A DNA stretch of 64,000 nucleotides from Candidatus Bathyarchaeota archaeon (lineage in GTDB: Archaea; Thermoproteota; Bathyarchaeia; Bathyarchaeales; Bathycorpusculaceae): assembly GCA_963714725.1 (NCBI GenBank), contig CAVQPF010000015.1:50213-114212 (forward strand), read 5' to 3'. This document shows positions 9,839-18,641 of the stretch, one piece after another. The notes under the pieces were generated by a model. That model saw only the letters and a program-made list of their open reading frames with translations, searched no databases and was not told the origin of the DNA. The number at the start of each line of letters is the position of its first letter. The stretch's first letter is position 1. The translations under genes and the position numbers were made by a program.

Positions 9839-10420
9839 ATGAGTTTAAAATCGCAAGAACATAAAAGTGGCAAATTAGTTTTGCCTGGAGAACGTTTAGG
9901 TGTTATAGAGGAGTTTATTCCTGATTCAGGCACTTATGTTGAAGATGGTATAATATATTCAAAAGTTATTGGACGTGCTTTAGTGGATTTAGTCAGCAAG
10001 AAAGTTTCTGTTTATCCATTGGTCAGAAAGGAAATTACTCCATCAATCTCCTCTACTGTGATAGGCCAGGTGGGTAACGCACAATCTGATAACGTTCTCG
10101 TTAAAATTTATAAGATTGGATCACATTCCGTTTCAGGAAATTTTAATGGTGTTTTTCATATTTCAGATGTACAAGAAAGATATGTCGATTCAATGACTGA
10201 TGTGTGTAAGCCAGGTGATATTTTACGTGCAAAAGTAATCAGTGATAAAAATAAAACTTATCATTTATCAACAAAAGATAGTGGTTTAGGTGTTTTGTAT
10301 GCTTTTTGTTCACGTTGTTCACATTTGTTAGAATCTGATCGATATGACATGAAATGTCCTAATTGTGGAAATATAGAAAGACGAAAATCAGCTTTAGATT
10401 ATGGGAAAGCCGCTGTATAA
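9839..10420 (+). CDS. csl4: Exosome complex RNA-binding subunit Csl4
   Basis: N-terminal domain + S1 domain + C-terminal C4 zinc ribbon ('CSRCSHLL...CPNCGN'). Conserved Csl4-RpoL pairing. Confidence 0.65.
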   Translation: MSLKSQEHKSGKLVLPGERLGVIEEFIPDSGTYVEDGIIYSKVIGRALVDLVSKKVSVYPLVRKEITPSISSTVIGQVGNAQSDNVLVKIYKIGSHSVSGNFNGVFHISDVQERYVDSMTDVCKPGDILRAKVISDKNKTYHLSTKDSGLGVLYAFCSRCSHLLESDRYDMKCPNCGNIERRKSALDYGKAAV

Positions 10421-10438
10421 TTTTGTTTAAAGGATTGA

Positions 10439-10726
10439 TTGAAAGTGAAGATTAAAATTTTATCAAAAACAAAGAGTGAAATAAAAATAGAAATTGAAGG
10501 TGCTGGTCATAGCATCTGTAATCTCCTACAAAAAAAACTTTTAGAGGATCCAAATGTTGATTTAGCAGGATATGATGTACCCCATCCTTTGGCATCAAAT
10601 GCTATACTCTATGTTAGAATGAATGGAACCTCTAAACCCGAATCCGCAATTATTAAAGCTACACAAAATGCTTTGAAACAAAATAAAGAATTCATAGATA
10701 GTCTGGAAAAATCCCTAAAATCATAA
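10439..10726 (+). CDS. rpoL: DNA-directed RNA polymerase subunit L (Rpo11, Rpb11-like)
   Basis: 95 aa. 'EGAGHSICNLLQKKLLEDPNVDLAGYDVPHPL' matches the RpoL/Rpb11 dimerisation motif. TTG/GTG start. Confidence 0.6.
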   Translation: MKVKIKILSKTKSEIKIEIEGAGHSICNLLQKKLLEDPNVDLAGYDVPHPLASNAILYVRMNGTSKPESAIIKATQNALKQNKEFIDSLEKSLKS

Positions 10727-11012
10727 AAAAATTAATTTTTTTTATTCTCTTTTCCTTTTTTTTATTGACTAATAATGTCGTTATTGAAAAGTAAAAAAAT
10801 TAGAGATAATGCTTCTCTTTTGACTTTAACTCTTTTAGTCACCTTTTATGCTATTGCAAATATTCTTTTCATTTTCAAAGGGTCTTCTCTATTTTTCTTA
10901 TAAAAAAATATGATATATAATAAATCGAAAAAATATTTAAGAATATTTTTATCTACGAGCATTATGCTTAAGTGTGTAAACTTAATTAAATCATTGATTA
11001 GGCATAAAAGGT

Positions 11013-11777
11013 ATGAATTCAATGTTTAAACTTAAAGTATCTGAAGCTAAACTCTTAAGAGATATGGCTACTGCCATCTCGATTCTTGTAGATGAAGCTA
11101 CATTCAAAATCGAACCAGACGGATTAAAATTACGAGCTATGGACCCCTCTAGAGTTGCGATGATCGATTTTGAATGGCCTAAAACAATTTTTGAAGAATA
11201 TGAATGTGTTTCCCCATCAAAAGTTTGTATCAATATAAGTGAACTATTAAAATTGCTTAGAAGGGCCGGGAAAAGCGAAAATGTGGAATTATCTTTAGAC
11301 GAAAAAACTGGTCGTTTACAAATTGTAGTAACGGGAAAATACAGTCGTAGTTTTACTATGCCTACATTAGACGCTGTTGAAGAAGAAGTACCTACTCCTA
11401 AGATTGATTTTAATATAAAGGCAAAAATCACAACTCAAGGATTAAGTCAAGCTATTGAAGATGCACAGCTAGTGAGTGATCATGTTAGAATAGAAGCTGA
11501 CACCGAAAAATTATTGTTAATTGCTTCTGGTGATCTAATGGGAGCAACAATAACTCTTAAAAAAGGAAGTGAGCTCCTTTTAGATTTAGAAGCAAAAGAG
11601 ACTTCTAAATCTACTTTTAGTCTCAGCTATCTATCTGAAATTATCAAGGCTGCTTCTGCAACATCTGATATTGCAACTCTTGAATTCTCAACGGATATGC
11701 CAATTAGAATCGATTTTCAACAGATTAAAGATGGAAAATTAACATTTTTCCTCGCACCAAGAATTGAAACTGATTGA
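11013..11777 (+). CDS. pcn: DNA polymerase sliding clamp PCNA
   Basis: 254 aa with typical archaeal PCNA N-terminus ('FKLKVSEAKLLRDMATAISILVDEATFKIEPDGLKLRAMDPSRVAMIDFEW'). Confidence 0.8.
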   Translation: MNSMFKLKVSEAKLLRDMATAISILVDEATFKIEPDGLKLRAMDPSRVAMIDFEWPKTIFEEYECVSPSKVCINISELLKLLRRAGKSENVELSLDEKTGRLQIVVTGKYSRSFTMPTLDAVEEEVPTPKIDFNIKAKITTQGLSQAIEDAQLVSDHVRIEADTEKLLLIASGDLMGATITLKKGSELLLDLEAKETSKSTFSLSYLSEIIKAASATSDIATLEFSTDMPIRIDFQQIKDGKLTFFLAPRIETD

Positions 11778-11978
11778 TTAAAGCAAAATAGAACTTTTCT
11801 TCCCTCTTTTAATAAGCAAAAACGCCGAGATATTTTCCTTCTAACAAAGACAATACATTTTAACTTGCCTTTTCTAGAAAAGATATTATGATATGCCTCA
11901 AAATTAATAAAAAACCTTTTTTTTTAACTTTTTTTTGATACGGAAACTTCAAATGGCCTACTTCAGACAATAAATTTA

Positions 11979-13652
11979 ATGAATGTTCTAAAAAATTCAA
12001 AACTTGTTGTCTTTTTAATATTTTTACTTTTTTTAAGTGTTTTTATGGCACTTGCGAGTATATTTCCATCTACTTCTTCTGAATTTGATACAACTGTTGT
12101 GAGAAATAAGTCTTTTAATATAACATCATTAGAGACTATTAGGTATGGTCTAGGCTCTTTTAGGGGAGACGAGACTGTTTATATTTCAGTTATTAAATTT
12201 CCTCGGGTATCTCTTAATTTTTCAATATTAACTTATGATGGTTTGGAGTATTCTGACTATTCAGATAATGCTATTGAATATTCCTTTAATACGACAGCAA
12301 ATTATTATGAAGCATTATTTTTTTCTCGATCTAACGAACTGATTGAGATTCACTTTGAGGTTTCAGTTAAAAAAAATAATATTTCTTTTCCTTTAATATC
12401 TATTAATAATATTGCGAAAGGTTTGTTTTTATTAACCATATTTTCTCTTTTTTTTATTATATTGTCTTCTTTATATTATGCTTCTTCAAATAATGCAATA
12501 CAAGAAAAAATGGATCCATCACTATCTCATAGAAATAAACGGATTTTATTTTTTTTACTTTTTTTATCACTAATTTTTTGGTTTTCACTAATTACGATAA
12601 ATACTAACTCTCATGGATCGTTCGAAAATTGGTATACTGATCATGCGAGACATCCATATTCTTCTATTCTTTTTACAAAATTTGGTTTATCAATTTTTAA
12701 TACTCCTTTGGGAGACCTAGCAAGCGTAGATGATTCATATTACAAATTTGTAACCTGGCCTCAGATGCCTCATCTTTATCCTGCCGGTAGTTTCTTATTG
12801 TTTCTTCCTTTTGCTTTATTATTACAAAACGCGGTGAATCAAATTTTAGTTTATAAGCTGGAAATCTCTGTTTTCCTTATTTTCTCCCATAGTAGTCTTT
12901 ATTTTTTCTTAAAAAAATTCTGGAATAAAAATTCTTCACTATTACTAAGATTGATCGGAATCTATTCTATCTATATTCCATTAATTGTTTACTCAGCAAA
13001 CGGGATGTTTGATGCTGTTCCCTTATTTTTTTCTTTAATCGCTATTGATATGTTCATAATTAAGCGATATGACAATTTTCTCTTTTTTATTTCTATTTCT
13101 TCAATTTTTAAATATCAACCTTTACTTTTTTTATTTCCACTTATTATCATTGCCTTAATCCACCTCTGCAAAAAAAAATCGTTAAAACCAATCCTAAAGA
13201 ACAGAAAAATAACTGTGGCTATTTTTCTTATTGCAACTTCTATCTCTACTGCTTTTTTAAGTCTGCCTTTTTTAATGGACTCAAATAACATATTAATTAT
13301 GAATGGGCTAAATGTTTTTAGTCTTCACTCGCAAATACCTTGGCTTTTTCAAGCTTTAGCTGTATTATTAACTTTAACCATAACTGTGTTTTTCTCTATT
13401 TATATGCTTGACAAGAATCCCATAATTTCACTTTTTTCACTATTTATTCTACTCCCGGCTTTTTTTCTGCAATACTTCCAAATTTGGTATTTGCCATTTG
13501 TATTTTTATATTCTTTAATTCCTCAAAAAAAGAGAGAAGTAGACCTAACTTTAATTTGGCTTCTCTTAATAATGGGAATGTTATCTTTCGGAGCATTATC
13601 TTTTAATCCGCTAAATGTTATTAATGGATGGAATCAAGTTCTAGGTTTATAA
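11979..13652 (+). CDS. Polytopic integral membrane protein (possible GT-C-type glycosyltransferase)
   Basis: 557 aa, more than 10 predicted hydrophobic helices with a large N-terminal extracytoplasmic region. No diagnostic motif recognised. Confidence 0.3.
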   Translation: MNVLKNSKLVVFLIFLLFLSVFMALASIFPSTSSEFDTTVVRNKSFNITSLETIRYGLGSFRGDETVYISVIKFPRVSLNFSILTYDGLEYSDYSDNAIEYSFNTTANYYEALFFSRSNELIEIHFEVSVKKNNISFPLISINNIAKGLFLLTIFSLFFIILSSLYYASSNNAIQEKMDPSLSHRNKRILFFLLFLSLIFWFSLITINTNSHGSFENWYTDHARHPYSSILFTKFGLSIFNTPLGDLASVDDSYYKFVTWPQMPHLYPAGSFLLFLPFALLLQNAVNQILVYKLEISVFLIFSHSSLYFFLKKFWNKNSSLLLRLIGIYSIYIPLIVYSANGMFDAVPLFFSLIAIDMFIIKRYDNFLFFISISSIFKYQPLLFLFPLIIIALIHLCKKKSLKPILKNRKITVAIFLIATSISTAFLSLPFLMDSNNILIMNGLNVFSLHSQIPWLFQALAVLLTLTITVFFSIYMLDKNPIISLFSLFILLPAFFLQYFQIWYLPFVFLYSLIPQKKREVDLTLIWLLLIMGMLSFGALSFNPLNVINGWNQVLGL

Positions 13653-13754
13653 TTAGATGATTTATGAGCCTGAATTTTTAATATAAATTGAGAAGTTAAC
13701 GGTTAAATTTTAGATATTAACATCATTAACTAGATAAATTAGTTGGTATAGAAG

Positions 13755-14987
13755 ATGGTAAGTGTTTCTTCCAGAGATTTCATCTGTAAAACTTTCCATG
13801 ATTTCTATGATAGCGACTCTTTTTTCTCTCCATCTATATATAGATTTAATGAGAGAGAAATAGGTTTTTTTCTATTGGAAAAAAAAATAATGGTTAGACA
13901 TAAAAAATTTCAAACAATTGAAGACTTGACTTCTTTTATTAAGCAAAACGTACCTTCAGATGTATACAGATCTTGTGCGTATTATGAATACCCAGATGCT
14001 GAGATGGCTGAAAAAGGATGGCTTGGTTCTGATTTAGTTTTTGATATAGATGCTGACCATATATCAAATTCTTGTGATAAAATACATGACAAATGGCTTT
14101 GTCTTATATGTGGTTTTGAAGGAAAAGGTATTACGCCAAAAGAATGCCCATTTTGTGGAAGTAAAAAATTCAATAATAAAACTTGGCCTTGTGAATCTTG
14201 TTTAGACTCTGCCAAAGAGGAAACAAAAAAATTAATTTCTTTTCTAGAATTAGATTTTGGTTTTTCTCATACTGATATGCGTATTTTTTTTTCAGGACAC
14301 CGTGGATACCACGTCCATGTAGAACATGATGCTGTGAAATCTTTGGATTCACTTGCTCGCAAGGAAATCGCCGACTTTATTACTGGACTTGGCGTTACCC
14401 TTCTGAATAATAAAAAAACAAATAGTTATTCTGATTCAAATATTAGTTCTCTTGGTTGGCAGAAAAGACTAAACATAGGCTTGCAAAAATTCCTTCTTTC
14501 TGCAAAAAAAGAAGATTTGAAAAAAGCTGGAATAAAAACAAATCATGATGCAATACTTAACAACAAAGAAAAAATTCTAAATCGCTGTATTATGGAAGGG
14601 AGATGGGATAGCATCAAAGGTTTAGGCACTAAAACTTGGGAAAAACTCTTTCAATATATAAAAAGTATCGAATCTTCACAAATTGATACAGTTGTAACTA
14701 CCGATATACATCGCTTGATTAGAATGAATAATACTCTACACGGGAAAACAGGTTTTAAAAAAATCGAGTTTCCCATTAGCCATATTGACTCTTTTGATCC
14801 ATTTAAAGAAGCAGTAGCTTTTAATGGTGGTAATGTTAAAGTTTGTGTCTCAGATGTTCCCTTGTTTAGAATAGGTGAGAACATGTTTGGTCCCTATAAA
14901 GATCAAAAAATTGAACTTTCAACTGCTGCCGCGGTTCTTCTTATTTGCAAGGAAAGAGCAGAATTGGTGAAAAATGGTAATGTATAA
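13755..14987 (+). CDS. priS: DNA primase small (catalytic) subunit PriS
   Basis: 'LVFDIDADHI' catalytic acidic motif, Zn-binding 'CLICGFEG...CPFCGS', and 'HTDMRIFFSGHRGYHVHV'. Confidence 0.75.
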   Translation: MVSVSSRDFICKTFHDFYDSDSFFSPSIYRFNEREIGFFLLEKKIMVRHKKFQTIEDLTSFIKQNVPSDVYRSCAYYEYPDAEMAEKGWLGSDLVFDIDADHISNSCDKIHDKWLCLICGFEGKGITPKECPFCGSKKFNNKTWPCESCLDSAKEETKKLISFLELDFGFSHTDMRIFFSGHRGYHVHVEHDAVKSLDSLARKEIADFITGLGVTLLNNKKTNSYSDSNISSLGWQKRLNIGLQKFLLSAKKEDLKKAGIKTNHDAILNNKEKILNRCIMEGRWDSIKGLGTKTWEKLFQYIKSIESSQIDTVVTTDIHRLIRMNNTLHGKTGFKKIEFPISHIDSFDPFKEAVAFNGGNVKVCVSDVPLFRIGENMFGPYKDQKIELSTAAAVLLICKERAELVKNGNV

Positions 14988-15531
14988 CGAACTCTATAAT
15001 GCTTGGCAATATGAAATTGATAAAAAAGAAATAGGACATTTGCCAATAGATTTTTACTCTAGATTATCTGAGTATATCACATTTCTTAGAGATGAAAACA
15101 CTCAAGATACCAAAAAAACAGTGAATTCTGTTCTTCTTGCACATGAATTAGCACATGTTACTTGTATGATTCAAGAGTTAATGTTTACTCGATATAACAA
15201 ACTCATCGAGAATATTAATGAGAACAAAAAATTGCCTTTAGCTGTTTTATCTATTGAGGAAAAGAAGATATATTCAATATTTTTATCTTTCACTAAAGAA
15301 TATCACCTTTTTAAAAAGAATCTTTCTTCTGGTGCTATTCTAAAAACAAATAATAAAAAACCACAGAAAAGAATACTTCTAAGAGTTCTCAAAGATATTC
15401 CTGCTTTTATTGGGTTGGATATGACTTCTTATGGTCCTTTTCTACAGGAGGATCTTGCCTCCTTACCATTAGAAAACGCTGAACTACTAGAAAAACAAGG
15501 ATTAGGAAAATTAGTTAGACTGCTTATTTAA
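14974..15531 (+). CDS. Putative GINS subunit Gins15 (Gins51)
   Basis: 185 aa, overlaps the priS stop. A PriS-Gins15 operon is a conserved archaeal arrangement. Sequence-level assignment is weak. Confidence 0.4.
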   Translation: MVMYNELYNAWQYEIDKKEIGHLPIDFYSRLSEYITFLRDENTQDTKKTVNSVLLAHELAHVTCMIQELMFTRYNKLIENINENKKLPLAVLSIEEKKIYSIFLSFTKEYHLFKKNLSSGAILKTNNKKPQKRILLRVLKDIPAFIGLDMTSYGPFLQEDLASLPLENAELLEKQGLGKLVRLLI

Positions 15532-16527
15532 TTATGAATTTAAACTAGTAGTATTTCCTTTCAGTTTTTTTCTGAATTTCTGAATAGCAAGAATTATGAG
15601 TGGGTAACTAATAATCCATGAAATGGAGTAGAGTGGACCATAATAGAGATGAAAAACTTGGACATCCCCAAGATTCATTCCTATTAAAAATATTGTCACA
15701 ATTCGTAAAATATTGATAAAATAGGTTATCATAGCGCCAATTAAAAAATAAATTATTTTTTCTTTACTATTAATCTGAGTTCTTTTAAGAAAAAGTACAA
15801 CAATTATACTATAAATAAGTAAACTTTCAATTCCTGCGCAAGGCCATGCTATATCAAATGTTGCACTTCTTAATACTATCTCCGGATTTGAGACTGTTAA
15901 ACGTGACATGCTTCCCATCGAAGCTAAAGTTGTATTATAACCCATAAAACCCAAAATATTTGCAGCTAGAATTGCAGTCGTAGGTACCATCAATTGAAAT
16001 GGTGTAAATTCTCCATAGGGAAAAATATTGTCAATAGTATATATTGTACCTACTATTCCTAGGAAAAAAAGTGGTGCTGAAAATTCTTTTAATCCCTTTT
16101 TTCCAAATGAAGAATATATTATTAAACTAAAAAGCACTGTGAATACAAGATATTCTACTGAGAGTGACATTGAATTCCACCATTGAAGACCAATTTGTTG
16201 AGATATATTTGCAATTAATCCATTTAATCCAAGATAATTTGAGATTATTATGTAACCCATTGGAAGTGTCAATGTTGTGATGTAACTCAAAGATTTAATT
16301 GAAAAAAAAGATATTTCTTTAGTTTGAATAATATTCCAATTAAGAATTAATTCTATAGTTATTAGCCAAATAAAGAATATTTGAAATGTTCTCCCTTTCC
16401 ACATTAACTCAAAAGAAGATGGATTTATTAGAAACAGCCAGAGAAGCGCAATAGCAAAACTAATCAAAGGTACTATTTTTATTAGATTTTTTTTTAAATA
16501 TATTATTTCTTGTATTCTTTTTTGCAT
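15532..16527 (-). CDS. Archaeosortase/exosortase-family transmembrane protease
   Basis: Polytopic membrane protein with conserved 'IAWPCAGIESLLIY' (active-site Cys) and 'INILRIVTIFLIG' (Arg) motifs characteristic of exosortase/archaeosortase. Confidence 0.6.
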   Translation of the reverse strand: MQKRIQEIIYLKKNLIKIVPLISFAIALLWLFLINPSSFELMWKGRTFQIFFIWLITIELILNWNIIQTKEISFFSIKSLSYITTLTLPMGYIIISNYLGLNGLIANISQQIGLQWWNSMSLSVEYLVFTVLFSLIIYSSFGKKGLKEFSAPLFFLGIVGTIYTIDNIFPYGEFTPFQLMVPTTAILAANILGFMGYNTTLASMGSMSRLTVSNPEIVLRSATFDIAWPCAGIESLLIYSIIVVLFLKRTQINSKEKIIYFLIGAMITYFINILRIVTIFLIGMNLGDVQVFHLYYGPLYSISWIISYPLIILAIQKFRKKLKGNTTSLNS

Positions 16528-16695
16528 TAAGATTTACCAAAATCAAACTAATTTAGATCTACTGGTAGCTGTTCATTTTTAAATATGTGCTATTTTTCTA
16601 TTTTCTTTTTATACGTAACATTTGAGAACATTTTAAGCAAGAGTAGCAATTTTTAATAGCATAAGTTGATCACTTAGCATATTAAAGGTTATTTT

Positions 16696-17943
16696 ATGGT
16701 AGGCCATAAAGTTTTAATTAACGCCTTAGATCAATTAAAATTAGCATCTGAAAAATTGAGTTTAGATAAAGGTATTTACGAAATACTGAAAGCACCCAAA
16801 AGAGCTATTTTAGTATCCGTTACAATTAAAAATGATAATAACACTATTGGCGTTTTTAAAGGAATTCGAGTGCAACATTGGGATGTAATAGGCCCCTTTA
16901 AGGGGGGTATTAGATTTCATCCGAATGTGTCCTTGGATGAAGTGACCGCGTTATCTATGTGGATGACTTGGAAATGTGCAATTGCCAATCTTCCCTATGG
17001 TGGTGCTAAGGGTGGAATATGTTGTAATCCAAAAAAAATGACAAAAACTGAATTAGAAAGATTAACTAGACGATATACAAGTCTAATAGTTGAATATCTA
17101 GGGCCCCACAGAGATATTCCTGCACCTGATTTGTATACTAACGAACAAACTATGGCTTGGATTATGGATACCTATAGTCAACTAAAAGGATATAGCGTTC
17201 CAGAAAGTGTAACTGGAAAACCAATAGAAATAGGTGGATCAGAAGGAAGAAAATGTGCCACTGCAAATAGTGTATCTTTTTGTATTAGAGAAGCAGCTAA
17301 AATTTTGAATTTTAAACTTAAGAATTCTACAATTGCCATTCAGGGCTTTGGAAATGTTGGATATAATGCTGCTACAGTTATGAATGAAGCTGGTTGTAAA
17401 ATTGTGGCTATAAGTGATTCTTCAGGAGGAATCTTTTGTCCAAACGGTATAAACCCTGAAAAATTACGTTTACATAAACTACAAACAGGTTCAGTACTAA
17501 ATTTTGCAAATTGTACTAATATAACTAATGAGGATTTGTTAGCTTCAGCTTGTGATATTCTTATTCCTGCAGCTATGGAAAACCAGATTACTGAACAAAA
17601 TGCTGATTCAATTAAAGCCAAGATAGTTTCTGAAGGTGCAAACGGTCCTACAACTCCTAAAGCTGATAAAATTCTTTTTGATAAAGGAGTTTATCTAATT
17701 CCTGATATTTTAGCTAATTCAGGAGGTGTAACTGTCAGTTATTTTGAATGGGTTCAAAACTTAACTAGAACACATTGGAGCCTTGATGAAGTAAATAGTA
17801 AATTAGAAACAAAAGTGGTTGAGGCCTTTCATGAAGTAGAAAAGCTTTCAAAAAAAGAGAAAAGTGATATGAGAACTTCTGCACTAATGTTAGGTGTTGG
17901 ACGCGTTGCTAGTGCAATTAATACACGAGGTCTTTGGCCTTAA
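16696..17943 (+). CDS. gdhA: Glutamate dehydrogenase (Glu/Leu/Phe/Val dehydrogenase family)
   Basis: 'GPFKGGIRFHPNVSLDEVTALSMWMTWKCAIANLPYGGAKGGI' signature, Rossmann 'GFGNVG'. Confidence 0.85.
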   Translation: MVGHKVLINALDQLKLASEKLSLDKGIYEILKAPKRAILVSVTIKNDNNTIGVFKGIRVQHWDVIGPFKGGIRFHPNVSLDEVTALSMWMTWKCAIANLPYGGAKGGICCNPKKMTKTELERLTRRYTSLIVEYLGPHRDIPAPDLYTNEQTMAWIMDTYSQLKGYSVPESVTGKPIEIGGSEGRKCATANSVSFCIREAAKILNFKLKNSTIAIQGFGNVGYNAATVMNEAGCKIVAISDSSGGIFCPNGINPEKLRLHKLQTGSVLNFANCTNITNEDLLASACDILIPAAMENQITEQNADSIKAKIVSEGANGPTTPKADKILFDKGVYLIPDILANSGGVTVSYFEWVQNLTRTHWSLDEVNSKLETKVVEAFHEVEKLSKKEKSDMRTSALMLGVGRVASAINTRGLWP

Positions 17944-18085
17944 ATATGAGAGTTAGAACAATATTTCATTGAACTTAAAACTCTTAAAATATCTTGAGTT
18001 TATTATCTAAATCTTTAAACTACGCTTCTTATATCCTGTTTATACTATTTGGATTATGTTGAGAGGGTGAAAAGGAGACTACAAT

Positions 18086-18637
18086 ATGACAAAAAAAATC
18101 AAAAAATTAGATTTTTGCTACGAAAATATTTTAGTTAAAGTCATTGCCATTTCTGATTATCAAAAAATTAAGCTTGCTGGGCTTTCTGTTGGTCCCTTTA
18201 AAGAAGGAAATGAATATGAAGTTCATTATTGGGTTGCAAAAGAGCTAGTTAACTCGAATATTGTTCGGTTTAGTGACGAAGATCTAGACTCAACTAAACT
18301 ATATAAAATACAATGGAAAGAACGAGTTCAAATAGCAGGACAAATTTCTAAGCTACCAGAAGAATTTTATCCAAAACTTCGTAGGTATCTTGCGAAATCA
18401 AAAGATGAATTAGCTCTTCATCCGGAAAAAGTTAGAGAATATGAAAAATCACAGCATCTAGCCTTGGATATAGTGAATTCCAGACTGAAAAAAATAATTA
18501 GTTTGTCTTCAGGGCCAAATCAAACTGATTTTATTCTTAAAAAATTTACTAACGAAGAACGTTTTTTCTACCAAGAGCTTGGTCGGATAATTAATAATTG
18601 GAAGGAACAAATTCTGAATCTTGAGGATGTAAACTAA
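18086..18637 (+). CDS. Putative GINS subunit Gins23
   Basis: 183 aa ORF immediately upstream of mcm (4-nt gap). A gins23-mcm operon is known in archaea. Sequence-level support is weak. Confidence 0.35.
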   Translation: MTKKIKKLDFCYENILVKVIAISDYQKIKLAGLSVGPFKEGNEYEVHYWVAKELVNSNIVRFSDEDLDSTKLYKIQWKERVQIAGQISKLPEEFYPKLRRYLAKSKDELALHPEKVREYEKSQHLALDIVNSRLKKIISLSSGPNQTDFILKKFTNEERFFYQELGRIINNWKEQILNLEDVN

Positions 18638-18641
18638 TAAA

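Noticed and set aside
10778-10909. 43-aa hydrophobic small ORF ('MSLLKSKKIRDNASLLTLTLLVTFYAIANILFIFKGSSLFFL') in the rpoL-pcna intergenic region
   Set aside because: There is no RBS or promoter signal and no conservation evidence available. It cannot be distinguished from chance in AT-rich spacer. Noted only as a possible small membrane peptide.
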